64,000 nucleotides of DNA from Phycisphaerae bacterium (GTDB taxonomy: Bacteria; Planctomycetota; Phycisphaerae; Sedimentisphaerales; Anaerobacaceae). The stretch is from the NCBI GenBank assembly GCA_030601745.1, contig JAUWBI010000002.1:16770-80769 (forward strand). The letters run 5' to 3'. Positions 9,601 to 17,278 of this stretch are shown piece by piece (within the stretch, counting starts at the first letter, position 1; the number at the start of each line of letters is the position of its first letter). The notes beneath the pieces were generated by a model that was given only the letters and a program-made list of their open reading frames with translations, was not told where the DNA came from and did not search any database. Both the position numbers and the translations under genes were made by a program.

Positions 9601-11348
9601 GTTATGGTGAAAGACTTGAAATCAATCTCAACAGGGAACCATCCGCCGGATATTACCTCCAACATCTTGACCGTATGTTTCAGACGCGGGCTGCCGTCCG
9701 GATTGTACCATTCTTCATTCACCAGCCCGTAACCTTTGGATGGGTCATAGTCTCTGATGCTATAGGCTCCGTAGTCACGGGCCGTTTCATTCATGTTCCT
9801 GGTCATGACCCTTATGAGCTTAACGCCGTTGGCGTCAACCACCGACCAATCTTTCGTGATATGCTTCAGATTGTTCAGTCCAAGAATCAATTTGTCTAGT
9901 GACCCATCCCCCCTCCAGCGCGTAACAGGCCCAAGCCAATTCTCATGATAATTAAACCTTGGCTTCCTTGATAGGAGACTCCCGTCATACGAATTACCGC
10001 CTTGCTGCTTGTCAACCCAGAACCGACCGGTGGGATCTGTGTAGACCTGGTCCTGTATATATTTGGTCGCAATCTTTTTACCGTCCCACCAAAGCTTGTA
10101 TTGACCTGCGAGCTCCCTCCTGGGGTCATTGCTGTCGGAATAACGATCATTCACACTCTTTCTGCTCCAGGCCAGAACGCCGCACTCAAACTTGTCCCGG
10201 TTTTCACGAAATCCTTGAATCAATTTGGCCTCAAGCTCATTTGGTACCGTTTTAGACCAACTGTTCAAGGCAAGAGTTGTTGGTATGACGAAGGCCAATA
10301 TCAATAGGATAGCAATCACAGACGGTATCCAGCTAACACGACTGGCATTGGCGGACTCTTTGCCAACCAAACGGCAGATGCGTGCTAATAAACTACCTCC
10401 TGTTGCTGCTACTGCTAATTCGCCCTGGCGACTTCGCACTTCTTCCAGCGAAGTTAGGGCCCTTGCATAACGCACTCTGTCGCCGGATACTCTCACCGCC
10501 AGATCATCGCAGCAGTTCTCTCTTTCAACGCGAATCTTGCGCGAAACCCACCACACAGCCGGGTGATAGAAGCCGAGTATCTCCACCACCGTTTGCAGCA
10601 TATTGACGAAATAGTCATACCTGCGGATATGAGCTAATTCATGTGCGAGTATGGCCTCTAATTGTTCGGTACTTAGGCCGGTTAAGGCACTGGCCGGCAA
10701 GAGTATCACCGGCCGCAGCCAGCCGACAACTGTGGGCACCCGAACAAGCGCGGACTCCATAAGCTGCACGATCCGACGAATTCCCAACAACTTGGCTAAT
10801 TCTTTGAGCTTACTTTGCCAGGGCGGGCCTATTTGCTTGACCATTCTGCGTCTTAATCTCTGCATCTGAGTCCAGCCACCCAGGTGCCATAGAGAAAGCC
10901 CAAATACTCCGACCAGCCATCCTGAAACGATGTAGGGCAAGGCTGGTTCAAGTAATTCGACGGTGCGCTGTTTCCAGGAAACTTTGGGTGTTATGGCAAC
11001 GTTTTCAACAAGCTGCACCGGTTTTTCCAACACCGGCATTTCCGCCACAGGCACTTGCTTTGTTTCTTCCATCGGCAAAACTGAAGGTACAGGTGCGGGT
11101 TCAACAAGGGCTGTCGGATACGATGCTGAAATCGGAACCAAGTGAAGGGTTACAACAGGCAATAGAACAATCAGCCCCAAGGTCAAGCACGCAAGTACAT
11201 AACGCAGGTTAGCTGCGGATTTTCGCAACACTCTCAGCAGGACTGATAGAAGCAATGCCGCCACCGCTGCTTGCCAGACAAAATGCAGCAGTGTCCATCC
11301 CAATTTTTGAACAATTTCCTGTGAAAGAATATCTTCCAACGCCATCAT
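3633..11348 (-). CDS. Giant (2571 aa) BlaR1/MecR1-type M56 peptidase signal transducer with multidomain extracytoplasmic region and C-terminal secretin domain
   Basis: Single ORF. The N-terminus has TM segments and AHELAHIRRYDY (HELAH codons at nt 10629-10643). Further along are a SecD-head-like ...LAIGVDSWVLSAPVIETPL..., HEAT-like repeats and three ~137-aa repeats starting WG(E/Q)A. A secretin-like region (nt ~3810-4440) reads ...MLAAPKVTVLDGQEAAFSI...LQLQVTPKITPDNRHILLNV...TRVLVPNGGTVLMGGQK. The gene ends in a GYGG-rich tail. Confidence 0.9.
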   Translation of the reverse strand: MMALEDILSQEIVQKLGWTLLHFVWQAAVAALLLSVLLRVLRKSAANLRYVLACLTLGLIVLLPVVTLHLVPISASYPTALVEPAPVPSVLPMEETKQVPVAEMPVLEKPVQLVENVAITPKVSWKQRTVELLEPALPYIVSGWLVGVFGLSLWHLGGWTQMQRLRRRMVKQIGPPWQSKLKELAKLLGIRRIVQLMESALVRVPTVVGWLRPVILLPASALTGLSTEQLEAILAHELAHIRRYDYFVNMLQTVVEILGFYHPAVWWVSRKIRVERENCCDDLAVRVSGDRVRYARALTSLEEVRSRQGELAVAATGGSLLARICRLVGKESANASRVSWIPSVIAILLILAFVIPTTLALNSWSKTVPNELEAKLIQGFRENRDKFECGVLAWSRKSVNDRYSDSNDPRRELAGQYKLWWDGKKIATKYIQDQVYTDPTGRFWVDKQQGGNSYDGSLLSRKPRFNYHENWLGPVTRWRGDGSLDKLILGLNNLKHITKDWSVVDANGVKLIRVMTRNMNETARDYGAYSIRDYDPSKGYGLVNEEWYNPDGSPRLKHTVKMLEVISGGWFPVEIDFKSFTITDGRVYNHSHYALDIERCSFNDRSALPKGIFKLGMEKQLKYQEKLQKYLAMELEGLSDVKEIEKADKVKRGAREAIETFVAAALAGDFEKASEFAPPDKLSADHIMDLNEMAEGQNLWIMAVVADDWSAMAVSSVIQGDHSRMGPLVFCLDRIVLNGRDNWWVHDIDMETPDRAEVELKQFLKEHPEAKKVPSENKTDVQISASELVAKIIESEKKIKDIQLHMTCTIPARNHTFYEFDWGYEHGKEFYSGIKHLRDSRTETYETVKITQAFDGEKRWLLRVDPDAQRPGGGILEPDYTTFRGMMTFNTLLGFDAKELGRLSFAEAIAQAESISVRDKVEFIDGHPCYVIEAINLETDPSVDWAYDVRAWIDYQRDYRLLKFEKYRSISGKNRFKVVSRQVDNIKLKKIDGIWLPIQGDRTSFSTNVIRPPKGMTRAQFAALPTEEREQVGVFKLTPMVPTRRLEIDVESIRLNKGIPAERFTIVFPDGCEVYDEFTSKRYVVGEPSEQDAGLSDAELIEQMAGLSVSELIDILRKSSIGRDKKKWFAAVHRLVEIGSAAVPELVAELRRTGKPQTQSKLALTLRAIGDLSAVPGLIDSLERSGFSSDYGIGEPKTELDIFFKRHQMDPAKEGLGLGRPVREITIALEKLTGHTEGHDHFYAYDSKGNRLGSHIITPEIRDRQREHRRQVAQRWRQWWQENQGKIKPPDLPQTQPTQVPVQKAGKKREYRVLAAPEGAMLTLAIVPNADGSGRQPSLTTEEYQRYLDDLAENGPLRGSIRGDSFQWSPIKGGLNRFRGLPLSTYKERTYILLCARTQYVMIPEFEGRWVWGLEKVQPTTDAAGRPAISLQFDEKGAELFYELTKANIGNHLAIGVDSWVLSAPVIETPLSKKAIIAGDLTKEQVRSFVEDLRKGMPPVKTDVQVEVETPDEKIPLVWGEAVEGVQMRVRPERQRWYEGETPRFRVDMRNKGTVEWELGLTHEHWEVELDGLWHRVGALFSGYFRTLLFGPGQEHKDIEFYPGVWSEWNSNGRPLKFTPGLHTVRLSFGPSTRDRANWRRLRVVSNAVVIEVLPAEADKRGWGEAVAGLQCGLRADKRLWKADETPRLQAVARNVGRGPWRLPRPSELFYLKVAGKIWRWKGPVSDRPADLEPREALDKTTILLSEDWVGAYGSDLRLKLSLGKHAVQLVMFVSDPVPPEAVPGTIPIPKHLRIESNVVVVEVLPDGEKADTVDVEADASTSLQAELHELWQQRQDLAGAEAFGKRLLEKYTEREEQALIYCQLAEIYAQSGQINPSKTIEYARAGWWYLHDAVKKARLFVYWGDALQLSKGRRDAAKIYLRGLEFCLQFGLPKDKPELPAVGVSTVDGPPEVVEKYRKENEQEMVVRRHAERIGELVEHRQALTGQIVQLYAREPDAFDELRELVMKYLHSEEAAEELIAAARAYRRNQKVAIPVIMRMGPDPKPDADLLWGQAAEGIRVRLRAEKGKWAAGETPKFKVDVRNDGSHRLLLTSAPDYWGVEVNGVWYRVTIPMLGGAKGMSFGPDKRWYNLELSLDMALGSQNENGGFELAPGWHTVRAALSRGLSQEGRTISLRVVSNPVEIEILPAKTEVKDRLESAEKLKELGNALLIYANDHEEKYPDTLQKLQKHINDMSEDDLKWLLENVVYLGRGKTVVEPPDTVIAYDKTLLEKGEGTNVLFNDSHVTFKSSKQLEKLGISKRTIQIESRFLVVSEGFLEDVGLDANSIQSDDVWSEHLVAESPALPISESYSLILDDLHVSFLIKAVQAHEDSKMLAAPKVTVLDGQEAAFSIHRQVNYISGYSEPNRPSGEPIPERDSVNKGLQLQVTPKITPDNRHILLNVGFELSDLLGFEERMYKEKYPYKIPQMEVVSAKTRVLVPNGGTVLMGGQKVTAEEDGRKVQKELLVLIKAEKVDSEDLPTYRGGYGGYGGFGGSYRGGYGGYGGYGGILPEEMEDPNSPDANSPENRP

Positions 11349-11350
11349 GA

Positions 11351-11740
11351 TTATTTTCCCTCGAATTCATCGAGCATCTTTCTTATTCTCGCAAGCTCTT
11401 TTGCGGAGACCTTCCTGGTTGAAAGTGCTCTCATAACCAGTTTTTCTGCTGAGCCGGAAAACGCTCTTTCGAGCAAATCCCCTACTAATTGCTTTTGAGT
11501 TCTCTCCTCTGACATCGCGGGCTTATAGATATGCTTCCACTGAGATTCATCTCTGACCAAAAGCCTTTTTTCAGTCATGATTTGCATAAGTTTGAGCGTG
11601 GTAGTGTACCCGGTAGCCCTGTCTTTGTTCATCGCTTCGTTGACCTGGCGAACGGTACTTGGGCCCAGATCCCATAGAATTCTTAGGATTGTTAGTTCTC
11701 TATCTGTCGGCTGTGGAACCTTTTTTCTCACCATATTCAT
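11351..11740 (-). CDS. BlaI/MecI/CopY-family transcriptional repressor
   Basis: 129 aa. The sequence ...LTILRILWDLGPSTVRQVNEAMNKDRATGYTTTLKLMQIMTEKRLLVRD... is the typical winged-helix penicillinase-repressor fold. The stop lies 2 nt before the start of the M56 gene. Confidence 0.9.
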   Translation of the reverse strand: MNMVRKKVPQPTDRELTILRILWDLGPSTVRQVNEAMNKDRATGYTTTLKLMQIMTEKRLLVRDESQWKHIYKPAMSEERTQKQLVGDLLERAFSGSAEKLVMRALSTRKVSAKELARIRKMLDEFEGK

Positions 11741-11785
11741 TCCCTTTCAGAACTATTTATTTCTATTATCTACAACCTAAAGCAT

Positions 11786-11833
11786 ATACGAACCGCTTCG
11801 TATCTTCAAGCAAAAAAACGAAAGAATTCGTAT
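11786..11833. promoter_or_regulatory. Two palindromic operator candidates upstream of the BlaI-like gene
   Basis: ATACGAA-CCGC-TTCGTAT (11786-11803) and AAACGAA-AGAA-TTCGTAT (11816-11833). Their centres are 30 bp apart, 46-93 bp upstream of the start codon at 11740. Confidence 0.5.
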
Positions 11834-11999
11834 TTTTTGAAAAATTTTTCTTACCCTTTGTTTTTGCCCTAAAAACGCACAAAAAGACTGAGTCAAATCA
11901 GCCCGGCTGAATTTGTTTTCTGCTAACCGCACGGCTGTAATACCTGAGGACAAGACGCATGCCGTTTTTGGTCACGACTAATACACTGAGAATCGCAAA

Positions 12000-13100
12000 T
12001 CAAAGACCTCTGCCCTTAACCTGCACGTCAGATTCTTGAGTATTGCTCGCTGAATCCGGAGGTAGACTTTCAGCATTTGATGATGAATTGAAGTCTGCTC
12101 GGGCTCTCTGGCCTTCTCTATTGCCAGCCTCGTCACAAGCCGTCGGTTTTAGGTAAAGGAGGTTGTTTTCAAAGTCAAAAGTTATCATTCTAAACAGTGT
12201 CACGAATTTAATCCCCAGAATCGAGCGGCGCCTCTTCTCAAACCAAAGATTAGGAAGGTCAATGCCAGGCAACGATGCTTGGCTGACCAATACTACCTCT
12301 GTTTCCTCCAGGTCTTCAGGCCTGCTCTCAATACCCTGTTCGCGAGCGAGTGCTTCCATTTCCTGCTTGCTATAATGATAATAATCAATTGTGTCGGAGC
12401 CTTTCAATTTGTCGAAAGTGCTTTCACGTAGCCGGTTATGAGCGCCAAGTCCAGTATCAACTAAGAACAATTCAGCAATATTCTCAGCTAAAGTTAAGTT
12501 GATTTGCGGAAAACCAAATTCAGCTTCTATTATTGGAACAGGATGTCCCCACTTTTGTCTGAGGTCGTCTGTGTTTTGTGAAGCGGTCTTGCGCCATCTC
12601 AGAAGCCGCACGCGCTTATTCTCCAAATCAAACTGTAAAACCTTATCGTGCAGAGTATTCATTCCAATTATACCGTCATAGTTGTGATCTGGAGGCAGGC
12701 CACCCTTACGCAAGTCCAAACAAGCAATCGTGCCTCGCAAACGTAAGGAGCCTATTTCGAATCGCTTGGGAAATTCATAGAACTCGACGTCTATTTGTAT
12801 CTCTCTTGGTGTAATAGGGCGTTTCCCCCTTTTAATGAAATCACCTAATAACGATTTTAGCCTGCTATCGACGGCTGTGTTGCCGCCTGCAGTATCTATG
12901 ATAAATCGGTACTCCTGCGAATTAATAGTTACCGGAATCACAACATAGTGTGAATCCTCCAGCATAGGTAGGTCTGCAAGCATAACCGTACTTGACTTTT
13001 CTTCTTTAGAGCAAGAGCATCCTTCGATTGACAATATGGCTGCTCCCAGGAACAGTAGGCCCAGCAGTAGTGTCTTACATTTACTGTTTCTGAATATCAT
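12000..13100 (-). CDS. Lipoprotein with two retropepsin-like (clan AA) aspartic protease domains
   Basis: The ORF track gives 12000-13265. The internal ATG at 13100 (GGTGGAG upstream) yields a lipoprotein signal, MIFRNSKCKTLLLGLLFLGAAILSIEGC. There are two protease motifs, FIIDTAGGNTAV and LFLVDTGLGAHN. Confidence 0.7.
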   Translation of the reverse strand: MIFRNSKCKTLLLGLLFLGAAILSIEGCSCSKEEKSSTVMLADLPMLEDSHYVVIPVTINSQEYRFIIDTAGGNTAVDSRLKSLLGDFIKRGKRPITPREIQIDVEFYEFPKRFEIGSLRLRGTIACLDLRKGGLPPDHNYDGIIGMNTLHDKVLQFDLENKRVRLLRWRKTASQNTDDLRQKWGHPVPIIEAEFGFPQINLTLAENIAELFLVDTGLGAHNRLRESTFDKLKGSDTIDYYHYSKQEMEALAREQGIESRPEDLEETEVVLVSQASLPGIDLPNLWFEKRRRSILGIKFVTLFRMITFDFENNLLYLKPTACDEAGNREGQRARADFNSSSNAESLPPDSASNTQESDVQVKGRGL

Positions 13101-13336
13101 TGCTCCACCTGTTTCTTCCACAATAATATCAAAATCTTCTTCAAATTGCAACCATCTGAAGTCTTTGGACCAATAAGCCTGACCCCAAACCACTCCGGCT
13201 GGGTTTGTTTTCCTTTTGACCTCGCGGCTGTAATACATAAGGCCGAACCAAACCAGCCCGGCCATGTAGTATTCTATTCTACCAAATGTTGCTTAATGCC
13301 TCTGAGGGATGCAAAATCGTTTCCTCTATAGCATAA

Positions 13337-14791
13337 TTAATATTGGTCTTTTTTCAATTGTTCCAATGCTATGTTGATACTCTGCATAAATTCCGTTTCC
13401 GACACATCATTAAATGGCTTAATTTGGTAATGCAATTCAGTGTCAGCGACGCATAAATATACTTTCGTGATAGGATTGAACATTTCTGCTTCTGAGTAAG
13501 CGTAAGAAATCATTGTGTTTACCTGTGTTAGCTTGTCAGGCAACGACAAGGTCACCATCGGTTTGAATTCCCTATTTTCAGGCTTGCCTTGCTCAATGCG
13601 CTGTTTTTTAAGTTTATCGCGACTAAACACCACAACACCAAGATCCAGTTCACTACTCCCCCTGGACCACGTCTCTCTCGGCACTAATATCCATGATTTA
13701 GCTTCAATACCATTGTATCTCATTTGTAAAAGCCTGCATTTCTTATATGGAAAACAAATCTTGCCATCCGATATCGAGAACAGCTCCATATTTCCATGAA
13801 CCTTCTCTCCGTGGTTTAACTGAATAGCCCCAAATTGCTGGATGCTTTCTTCTAAAGGTCGAAGCGAGCATGAAACATATATCAGGTCGTCTTCGCTTCG
13901 CTCGAGCCTGTGAACTGCAAATACCAGTCCCATTATTTTTCTGGTAAAGATCGCATTATCCAGCCCAAGTCGTTCGCTTAAGATCTGGTCCGCGTCTACA
14001 ATTTTTACATTGGGGCCAAAATCCGCGGAAAACACAGATTGGTCAATTGACATATTATATTCAATGCTGCCTTTCTTAGAAGGTTTCCATCGTCCGTTGT
14101 CATCACGACAGTTTGATTCCCATGATCGTAAAAACTTTTTCTCTTCAACTTTTTCGACCCATAGGCGCAGGTCCTCTGTGTTTTCAGGATTTGTATAATA
14201 GTACATCTGACATTGAACACCGTCGACAACTTTGTCACCATCTGGATTTCTAACTGATTTACCTTGAGGCCACTTACCAGAGACAAGGTGTCCAATATGG
14301 AACGTAGAACCAATGCTTTTGGACCGCACGACAAAATCGTCGCCCGGAGTGTAGTGCCACAAAAAAACGCCATCATCAATTCTTATATGATATCTGTTAC
14401 TAGGATACCCTACTTCTCTTACCCCTTTTTCACGGTCGTACAACACCTCATAATACGTTTCCCATTTTCCATCCTGATAAATCTTGACAACATTATATAT
14501 TGTACGAGCGCTTTCAAGCCCTCTCATAACCTGCGAATGCAGTGTTGACTGGCCGTTTCCAAAGAAAACAAACAACCCAATTATGCCAATAGTGATGACC
14601 GCAACTCCACTAACTTTTGTTATTCTGCTTTTCATAATTATTCTCCATATATTCGGCTGAATTGCAGCCGAATTCTTCTTATATTTTTTAAATGCAAGGA
14701 AAGCATCCCTTATCATCTCATCATCCACTTCTGAGCTGACCGTGACATTTGATTTAACGAATAACCTTTTTATCTTTTCCGTTGGCCTCAT
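13337..14791 (-). CDS. Putative anti-sigma factor (single-pass membrane protein) cognate to the upstream ECF sigma
   Basis: 484 aa. It has a 4-nt ATGA overlap with the sigma gene. The layout is a short cytoplasmic N-terminus, one TM (VSGVAVITIGIIGLFVFF) and a large extracytoplasmic domain with no family I recognise. Confidence 0.6.
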   Translation of the reverse strand: MRPTEKIKRLFVKSNVTVSSEVDDEMIRDAFLAFKKYKKNSAAIQPNIWRIIMKSRITKVSGVAVITIGIIGLFVFFGNGQSTLHSQVMRGLESARTIYNVVKIYQDGKWETYYEVLYDREKGVREVGYPSNRYHIRIDDGVFLWHYTPGDDFVVRSKSIGSTFHIGHLVSGKWPQGKSVRNPDGDKVVDGVQCQMYYYTNPENTEDLRLWVEKVEEKKFLRSWESNCRDDNGRWKPSKKGSIEYNMSIDQSVFSADFGPNVKIVDADQILSERLGLDNAIFTRKIMGLVFAVHRLERSEDDLIYVSCSLRPLEESIQQFGAIQLNHGEKVHGNMELFSISDGKICFPYKKCRLLQMRYNGIEAKSWILVPRETWSRGSSELDLGVVVFSRDKLKKQRIEQGKPENREFKPMVTLSLPDKLTQVNTMISYAYSEAEMFNPITKVYLCVADTELHYQIKPFNDVSETEFMQSINIALEQLKKDQY

Positions 14792-15327
14792 TTTTGTACC
14801 TCACTATCTAAGATTGACCGCAGTTTACCAATTCCATACCTGTATCGACCCTTAACTGTATTGACAGAGATGCCCAAGGATTTAGCAATAGCTCTAAACC
14901 GCATTTGACCGTAAATATACAACACAATCACTTCCCTTTGCTCATGTGGCAATGTGGCTAATGCTGAACTTAACTGCTGTAACTCTTCGTTGCACACGAT
15001 GGCGCGACTTGGTTCGCTCAAATCTAACGGAGCTGAGCAATTTTGAGTCAGAGGAACCGCTCGGTTTTGCTGTGTCCGCATCTGATCCCGGACCCGGTTG
15101 GCAACGCATGTCGCTAAGTAAGCTTTAAGACTGCCGGTCAGTTCAAATTTCTCCAACCTTTCGACAAAAGTAACGAAAGCATTATGAACAGCATCCTCAG
15201 CAACGTTCACATTACCCGAAAGTGCAATAGCTAAGATCAGCAAACCATCTCTGTACTTTTCATAGATGCGGCGCAAAGCATCCCTGCTTCCCTGTTTAGA
15301 CCTCATCACAAGTAGCCTGTCTTCCAT
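14788..15327 (-). CDS. ECF-type RNA polymerase sigma factor (sigma-70 family)
   Basis: 179 aa. Region 2 (ALRRIYEKYRDGLLILAIALSGNVNVAEDAVHNAFVTF) and region 4 (LPHEQREVIVLYIYGQMRFRAIAKSLGISVNTVKGRYRYGIGKLRSIL) are present. Confidence 0.9.
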   Translation of the reverse strand: MEDRLLVMRSKQGSRDALRRIYEKYRDGLLILAIALSGNVNVAEDAVHNAFVTFVERLEKFELTGSLKAYLATCVANRVRDQMRTQQNRAVPLTQNCSAPLDLSEPSRAIVCNEELQQLSSALATLPHEQREVIVLYIYGQMRFRAIAKSLGISVNTVKGRYRYGIGKLRSILDSEVQK

Positions 15328-15811
15328 TAAGCCGACCTCATACAGTGAATGTTAGCCACTTGTATAACGATTCAAATAGCTATTTGGGTATAAAAAAAAC
15401 GGATTTTTTTACAATCTTAGTGCTTTTCGGCTCAAAAAACGCACGGCGAAGGCAGAGCCTGAAGAAGCGCTTGCTGGTACCCGCTTGCGTCAGGCAGCCA
15501 CATGTGAGAAATCTCCAACCAAAGTCTTTTCTTTCAGCAATGAACGAGGTTATGGCTAATGCAACAAAAGTTTACAATTCGTAAGACATACGAACCTTTC
15601 ATCCGGCTTGGCCGAAAGGCATCGCCGATGCCTCTAGAGAAATCCTATGAAGAACTACTAAAGGCACAAACCGCACCCTCCTTCTCCGGCACTCCAAATA
15701 TGCGGGACACCCAAATCCCCTGTCATGGCGATAGCCTGCAGTCAAAGCTGGATTACGTCTATTTCAAGCTTCGGACAGAAGTACAAATGAGACATTCCCG
15801 CTAAAGGAATG

Positions 15812-15841
15812 TTGACTATTCTTGAAGCAAAACCGTAGAAT
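15812..15841 (+). promoter_or_regulatory. Candidate sigma-70-type promoter for the NUDIX-4TM gene
   Basis: TTGACT (15812-15817), an 18-nt spacer, then TAGAAT (15836-15841), about 110 nt upstream of the ATG at 15950. Confidence 0.35.
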
Positions 15842-15949
15842 ACGTTTGGTTGAAATGGCGGACATGAAGAACTGCCCGAATCAAACATTGAAAACCCTTG
15901 GCTTACTCATATGTGTACGCCCAAGCAGAACTAAAGAGAAGGAAACATA

Positions 15950-17278
15950 ATGGGAGATCACCTCATCCTTGCCGCCGGTGGTATAATCGAAAGACACACT
16001 GCTGAGGGCCTCAAAATCGCAGTTATCTACCGTACACGTTATGGCGGGGAGTGGTGCCTTCCGAAGGGCAAACTGAAAAAGGGAGAATCTCCCTTGGAAG
16101 CTGCGAAACGCGAAGTTAAAGAAGAGACGGGCTGTTCCGTTAAGGTCACGGACTTTGCGGGATCCACCAGTTACTTCCACGACGCCACTCCCAAGGTTGT
16201 TTTGTACTGGAGAATGGCGCTGGCAGTCGAATGTGCAACTGAGCCGACGGATAGGGAAGAAGTCGAAAAAGTTGAGTGGTTAACTCCACAAGAGGCAATC
16301 GACCGACTAAAGCACGACGAGGAGAAAGAGATGGTAATGCAGGTTTTGTGCTCTAAGGCATTTTTATCCCGCAGAGGAATACTTAGACGAATAAGAGGTG
16401 GCCTTACGAGGCTTTTTATCTCCCGACGGTGGCGCAGACTTGCTTCTGCAATCACAGCCTACAGAGTTGAACTGGGGCAACGCGTCAGCCGGTGTCAAGA
16501 AACGCAGGCTGCATATGCCTGGGTAGGACCCGCATATGGGGCACTCTGCCGCGCCGAGCTGGCACTCTGTGATGGCGATATTGATAAAGGTTGGAAATGC
16601 TTCCTTGCGGCACAGCGAATGGAACTATTTGGGCTCAACCCAAATGAGGAGTTACAGGCAAGAGTTATCGTACTGAGAGAAGAAGCTGAAAAACTCAGCT
16701 CTTGGAGAAAAAGAGCAGCGTATGAATTGCTCGGGAGTATGAGTGAAGGAACACCCGATGTTGAGAAAGTATACGTGGCCGCCCTACTTAGGGACGAGCA
16801 TTACTCGAACCAGGCGTACAAGGATGGTCTTCTGAGAAACCATGTCGCGCGCTTGGTGCTGATTCTTGCCTTGCTCCTATCGACTCTCTTCGCGCTTCTG
16901 TGGCTCGAGATACTGCCAACACCCGATGTCCTTGAAAAAGCACCTCCAGATTACAAAGAGGACTTGTGGATGTTTTTGACTGTCGCTCTGTTCGGTCTGC
17001 TGGGAGGTACGTTAAGTGCAATGCTCAAAGCTCCGGAGTCAACAAAATCATCGCGAATACCTGAGTTGACAGCTACAACTCGTATAACATTGCTTCGACT
17101 GTGCATGAGTGCGGCAGCAGCGATTGTCATATATGTTTTTCTTGAGTCAGATTTAAGTGACCCATTCCTTGGTTCTTTGGAAGATATTAAACCGTACACC
17201 ATATTTGCTGTTTCTTTCGTCGCTGGGTTTACGGAACGATTGGTAATGCGGGCGGTAGGGCACGTGGCAGGGAAATAG
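15950..17278 (+). CDS. NUDIX hydrolase domain fused to a helical linker and a C-terminal four-TM membrane domain
   Basis: 442 aa. The Nudix box is intact: GKLKKGESPLEAAKREVKEETGC (GX5EX7REUXEEXGU, nt ~16067-16135). The last ~145 aa hold four hydrophobic helices (LVLILALLLSTLFALLWL, LWMFLTVALFGLLGGTLSAML, LLRLCMSAAAAIVIYVFL, YTIFAVSFVAGFTERLVM). Confidence 0.85.
   Translation: MGDHLILAAGGIIERHTAEGLKIAVIYRTRYGGEWCLPKGKLKKGESPLEAAKREVKEETGCSVKVTDFAGSTSYFHDATPKVVLYWRMALAVECATEPTDREEVEKVEWLTPQEAIDRLKHDEEKEMVMQVLCSKAFLSRRGILRRIRGGLTRLFISRRWRRLASAITAYRVELGQRVSRCQETQAAYAWVGPAYGALCRAELALCDGDIDKGWKCFLAAQRMELFGLNPNEELQARVIVLREEAEKLSSWRKRAAYELLGSMSEGTPDVEKVYVAALLRDEHYSNQAYKDGLLRNHVARLVLILALLLSTLFALLWLEILPTPDVLEKAPPDYKEDLWMFLTVALFGLLGGTLSAMLKAPESTKSSRIPELTATTRITLLRLCMSAAAAIVIYVFLESDLSDPFLGSLEDIKPYTIFAVSFVAGFTERLVMRAVGHVAGK

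Noticed and set aside
3883-11212. Dozens of plus-strand ORFs (for example 8403-9305 at 300 aa, 6279-6887 at 202 aa, 9489-9899 at 136 aa) inside the giant gene.
   Set aside because: All are antisense shadows of one continuous 2571-codon ORF with recognisable domains. Their translations are low-complexity, Ser/Arg/Pro-rich and have no recognisable motifs.
12000-13265. Full-length 421-aa version of the aspartic protease ORF.
   Set aside because: The internal ATG at 13100 has an RBS-like GGTGGAG and produces a proper lipoprotein signal peptide. The upstream 55 codons have no signal features. The longer form cannot be excluded.
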